From Malacoraja senta (lineage: Eukaryota), in contig JAXLNO010005255.1 of the NCBI GenBank assembly GCA_038087875.1, forward strand, positions 1 to 64,000: a stretch of 64,000 bases of DNA, in the 5' to 3' direction. The translations under genes were made by a program, and so were the position numbers. Of the stretch, positions 60,912 to 64,000 are shown one piece after another (within the stretch, counting starts at the first letter, position 1; the number at the start of each line of letters is the position of its first letter). The notes beneath the pieces are model-generated. The model worked only from the letters and a program-made list of their open reading frames with translations. It did no database searches and was not told the origin of the DNA.

Positions 60912-62883
60912 ATGGGGAGAACAAGGAGTGTGAAGAAATCGCTGCAGGATAAAGTACAGTATTCTAGTATGGGTGCTAATAAAATTCAGGTGCTGGAGGG
61001 TCCAGCCCCTGCCCCTGCCCCTGCCCCTGCTTCATTACCTGTCCCATCTCCTGCCCCATCTCCTGCCTCAACTGCTTCCACATCTGCTGCCCCATCTGCC
61101 TCTCCATCTGCTGGTCCATGTCCTACTCCAGCTTATGTCCCTGGATGGGTGTGGAACAGGTCTGGCTCACAGCCATATAATTTTTCCCGAGAGCAAGAGG
61201 GGGACCTGGTGGAATGGTATCAGTCCCACCATGAGCTGTACGATAAGACCAACCGTGATTTTAGGAACAGGGGTCTCCGTAACCTCATAATTGGAGAAAA
61301 GGCGAAGGAGTTCCATGACTGCTTTTGTAAGTACATATCTTTCAGTTTATCTACATTTCTGTGTTTGTAATTGAGGTTCAAATTCATATTATAATTTGCT
61401 CAACACTTATCTTCATTTATGCTATCTTTTCACAGATGACCAACTGTGCCAATGGCTAAAGAGTCAGAGGACACGGTTCGGCAAAATATCACAAGGTCTT
61501 GGCAAGTCTGGCTCTGGCAGTAGGAAACTGACTGACAGAGACCAGTGGATATATGACAAATGGGGGTTCGTCCGGGACCACATTGTAAGAGTGCACACGA
61601 AGGAAAGTTGCAGGAAGGTGAGTAACTCAGAAAATTATGTGACAATAAATATTAGTTGGGAAGTCAGTACAAAACACTTTTAACAATGATAACTTGTTCA
61701 CTTTCCCTGCTACGTCCGGATGGTCTTGCACATGTATGATACGCATTCACTTTCTTCTAGTGTACTGTGGGTGCATCAACGTGCGCGGACTCGAGTGAGG
61801 GTGAGCCTGATCCGCTAGAAGGACCTTCACATGGACCATCCGGGTCATGCACTGCAGTAGAACTGCAGCAGCATGCAAGACGGAAGCGGGTCAGCACAAC
61901 TGCGTCAGATAGCGAGGTGCCTGTCCAAACTCTGCAACGGGACATGTTCAGGGATGTAAGTGCTTTTGGATTACCCATCATCAAATCTCTTTCACTCCGC
62001 CCTACTTCCACGTTTCTCCATCTCATCCCACAATATAATTATCATGATTGTACTCTCTTGTTGCAGATCATGGAACAGGCAAAGACAACGTCGGGCATGA
62101 TCACCTCTTTCTCACAGCCAAGGACGTCCCATGAGAGAGTTGTGCATGCATATGCAATGTTCCTCAGGGAGGAGATGTTCTTAATCCCTGAGGAAAATTG
62201 GCAACGTTATAGCATGGAGGGATTGTCCTTGGCAAGGGCGCACAGACTTCCGCAGCCAGTAAAATATTTAAATCAAAGTTCATTGAAATTAAAAAAGTTT
62301 TAAATTAATGCCGTCTATGATTCATTTACTACTGTTTTCTTTGTGTTGCAGAGTCCGATAAGGCATATGCCATTAGTGCCACTGCAACAAAGGAGGATGC
62401 CACCACAATATCCCCACCAGGTACACTGTGAAACATTTTTGAGTCTTCAGCCTGACTCATGATTTTCTCTAACACACAGCTTGTGAAAGGTTGTGATTTG
62501 TTTTATATGATTTGTTTGGCACCGATACATATTGATACGCTTATGTGTTTTGCCCACAGGCAAGGATGGAATACCGTCCTGTGACATACCCCTGGATGGC
62601 AGCCCCCCCCCCCCCCACTATGTCAGTGGACACACCCCACCGCAACATAGTTCATCACGTGGCATGGATAGTCTTGGGGAAGGCGAATTCCATGTACAAT
62701 TTGAGGTTCCCGAAGATGGCACAAACTCCAGCACCGATGACGCAGACGTATATAATTAATAAGAATGACATGTGCCGTAGGAGTGACGTTGCCCCCAAAA
62801 TTCACTGTTGTGCCTGCTTGTGTGTTGCACATTACCGTTCAATTCACTGTTTTCTCACGACGTTATTTGTTTGCTTTCACTAA
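60912..62883 (+). CDS. Harbinger MADF/Myb-like DNA-binding protein, 6 exons (60912-61326, 61436-61617, 61761-61955, 62067-62258, 62352-62420, 62560-)
   Basis: Pro/Ala/Ser-rich N-terminus, then MADF-like LVEWYQSHHELYDK...WLKSQRTRFGKI...RDQWIYDKWGFV. All introns are GT-AG with compatible phases. The last exon is ambiguous at a 14-C run (stop at 62883 as written; an acidic C-terminus ending 62759 in the shifted frame). Confidence 0.8.
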
Positions 62884-63339
62884 TGAACAATGTTCTGTTG
62901 AATTGCTTGTTTTTCAATATGTTAATTGTTTCCACTAAATAAACAGTTTAAATTTAATATAGTATTGTGGAAAAAAGTGTCTGTTAATCGCGGCGTAGAT
63001 CTCATATGGAAACAACCTGAAATGATGGAATGCATCTCACATACAAAATCATTGATTTATTAGAGAAATAAAACACAAACAGGCATAGAATAGCATTGAA
63101 TTACAAAAAAATTTCATTATAAGCCATGAAAATAATACAATGGCATTTAAGCCCTTTCAAGATCAGGCAACTTTAAAATAGGTGATGTAGGTGGTACTAT
63201 TAACACAGATTCAATAATTTCGCAATGTAAAACCATCCATCAACATACATAGATCGCACTTTTGTAAGATCTGGGGCCTTCATGATCGGGTACCTCTGCC
63301 GTGAAAACACAACCCTGACATCCCCTGTTTGCTTTTGAT

Positions 63340-64000
63340 CCTCAAAACACATTGTCCTGGTGCGGATCAGGTTATGGAGGACACATGCCGCGTAGACAAT
63401 GGCCTGCACATTCTCGGGCTCCTGCTCCATTGTTGTAAGCAGGCATCTGAATCTGCTAGCAAGGATACCAAAAGCATTCTCCACTACCCTCCTAGCCCTG
63501 GACAGCCTGTAATTGAAGATCCTTTGCTCCCTTGACACCCCTCCTGTGAGGGTATGGCTTCATCATCCATGGCCTGAGTGCAAAGGCATCATCACCAACC
63601 AGTGCGTAGGGGATGTCAGGGATGTCAGGGTTGTCTTCTCCAGGCAGAGGTTCTGGATCCGGAAGGCCTGCTCTCCCTTCTTCCAATGCTTGCCCAAGGG
63701 AGGTCTCTCTCCAGATCCCTCCATCTGCGGCACTGCCAGGTGTGCCCACATTCACAAACATGAAGTTGTAGTTTGCATCTACCACAGCTAACAGCACGAT
63801 GGAATGGAACTTCTTGTAATTAAAGTACACAGAACCTCCCCCGGGTGGACACCGGATGGCCACATGCTTCCCGTCAACAGCCCCACATGTGTGCAGGAAG
63901 TTCCATCTGCTTTGAAAGCCGTGCGCCACACTCCTCCACCCGTCTGGTGTAGTTGGGCAGTCAATAAGCTCATCATATGTTTTGTTGATGGCATCACACG
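63340..64000 (-). pseudogene. Harbinger (HARBI1-like DDE) transposase, frameshifted and C-terminally truncated
   Basis: [62 protein letters not shown] and ACVLHN are present. +1 frameshift near 63541. Confidence 0.92.

Larger units (their letters stand above)
60397..64000. mobile_element. PIF/Harbinger DNA transposon (left part; continues past window end)
   Basis: Begins taa|AGGTCTGTCTCACG (TIR-like, similar to the local MITE TIRs). Convergent MADF/Myb-like gene (+) and DDE transposase (-), the standard Harbinger layout. Confidence 0.9.

Noticed and set aside
41-63997. Most short ORFs in the six-frame track (e.g. 1306-1947, 21010-21519, 41590-42054, 58629-59303, 60406-60896)
   Set aside because: They are antisense or off-frame readings of LINEs, SINEs and GC-rich repeats, or low-complexity sequence with no domain signal.

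Overview
Vertebrate genomic DNA, repeat-dense. The repeat complement (HE1-type V-SINEs, CR1/HER1 LINEs, Penelope-derived hammerhead repeats) points to an elasmobranch, probably a skate or ray; this is inference. Two host genes were reconstructed by hand from splice sites and phases. (1) A divergent SUN1/SUN2-like LINC-complex gene on the minus strand: 8 phase-consistent exons at 27786..9684, a 1-nt frameshift in the last conserved beta-strand, and no recognisable 5' (nucleoplasmic/TM) exons in the window. (2) A complete non-classical MHC class I-like gene on the plus strand: leader 44128-44179, alpha1 52692-52952, alpha2 54701-54976, alpha3 56174-56446, TM/cytoplasmic 59631-59857. It has lost most peptide-anchor residues, has a small/hydrophobic groove floor and four extra alpha2 cysteines, has two candidate routes to secreted isoforms, and takes its stop codon from a CR1 fragment. 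The first 9.5 kb is a degenerate tandem array of gene-like 5' exons with two CpG-rich inverted duplications. Mobile elements include a DIRS (ITRs, ICR) in MHC intron 1, a hAT with perfect TIRs and 8-bp TSD nested in a CR1, a non-autonomous Helitron, a Harbinger with a 6-exon MADF gene and a broken transposase, Harbinger-type MITEs, and L1/Tx1, L2, Rex1 and Penelope fragments. Many Penelope terminal repeats carry minimal hammerhead ribozyme cores. Exon boundaries were counted exactly; repeat boundaries are approximate unless TIR/TSD are given. No database searches were run, so comparisons to known families are from memory.
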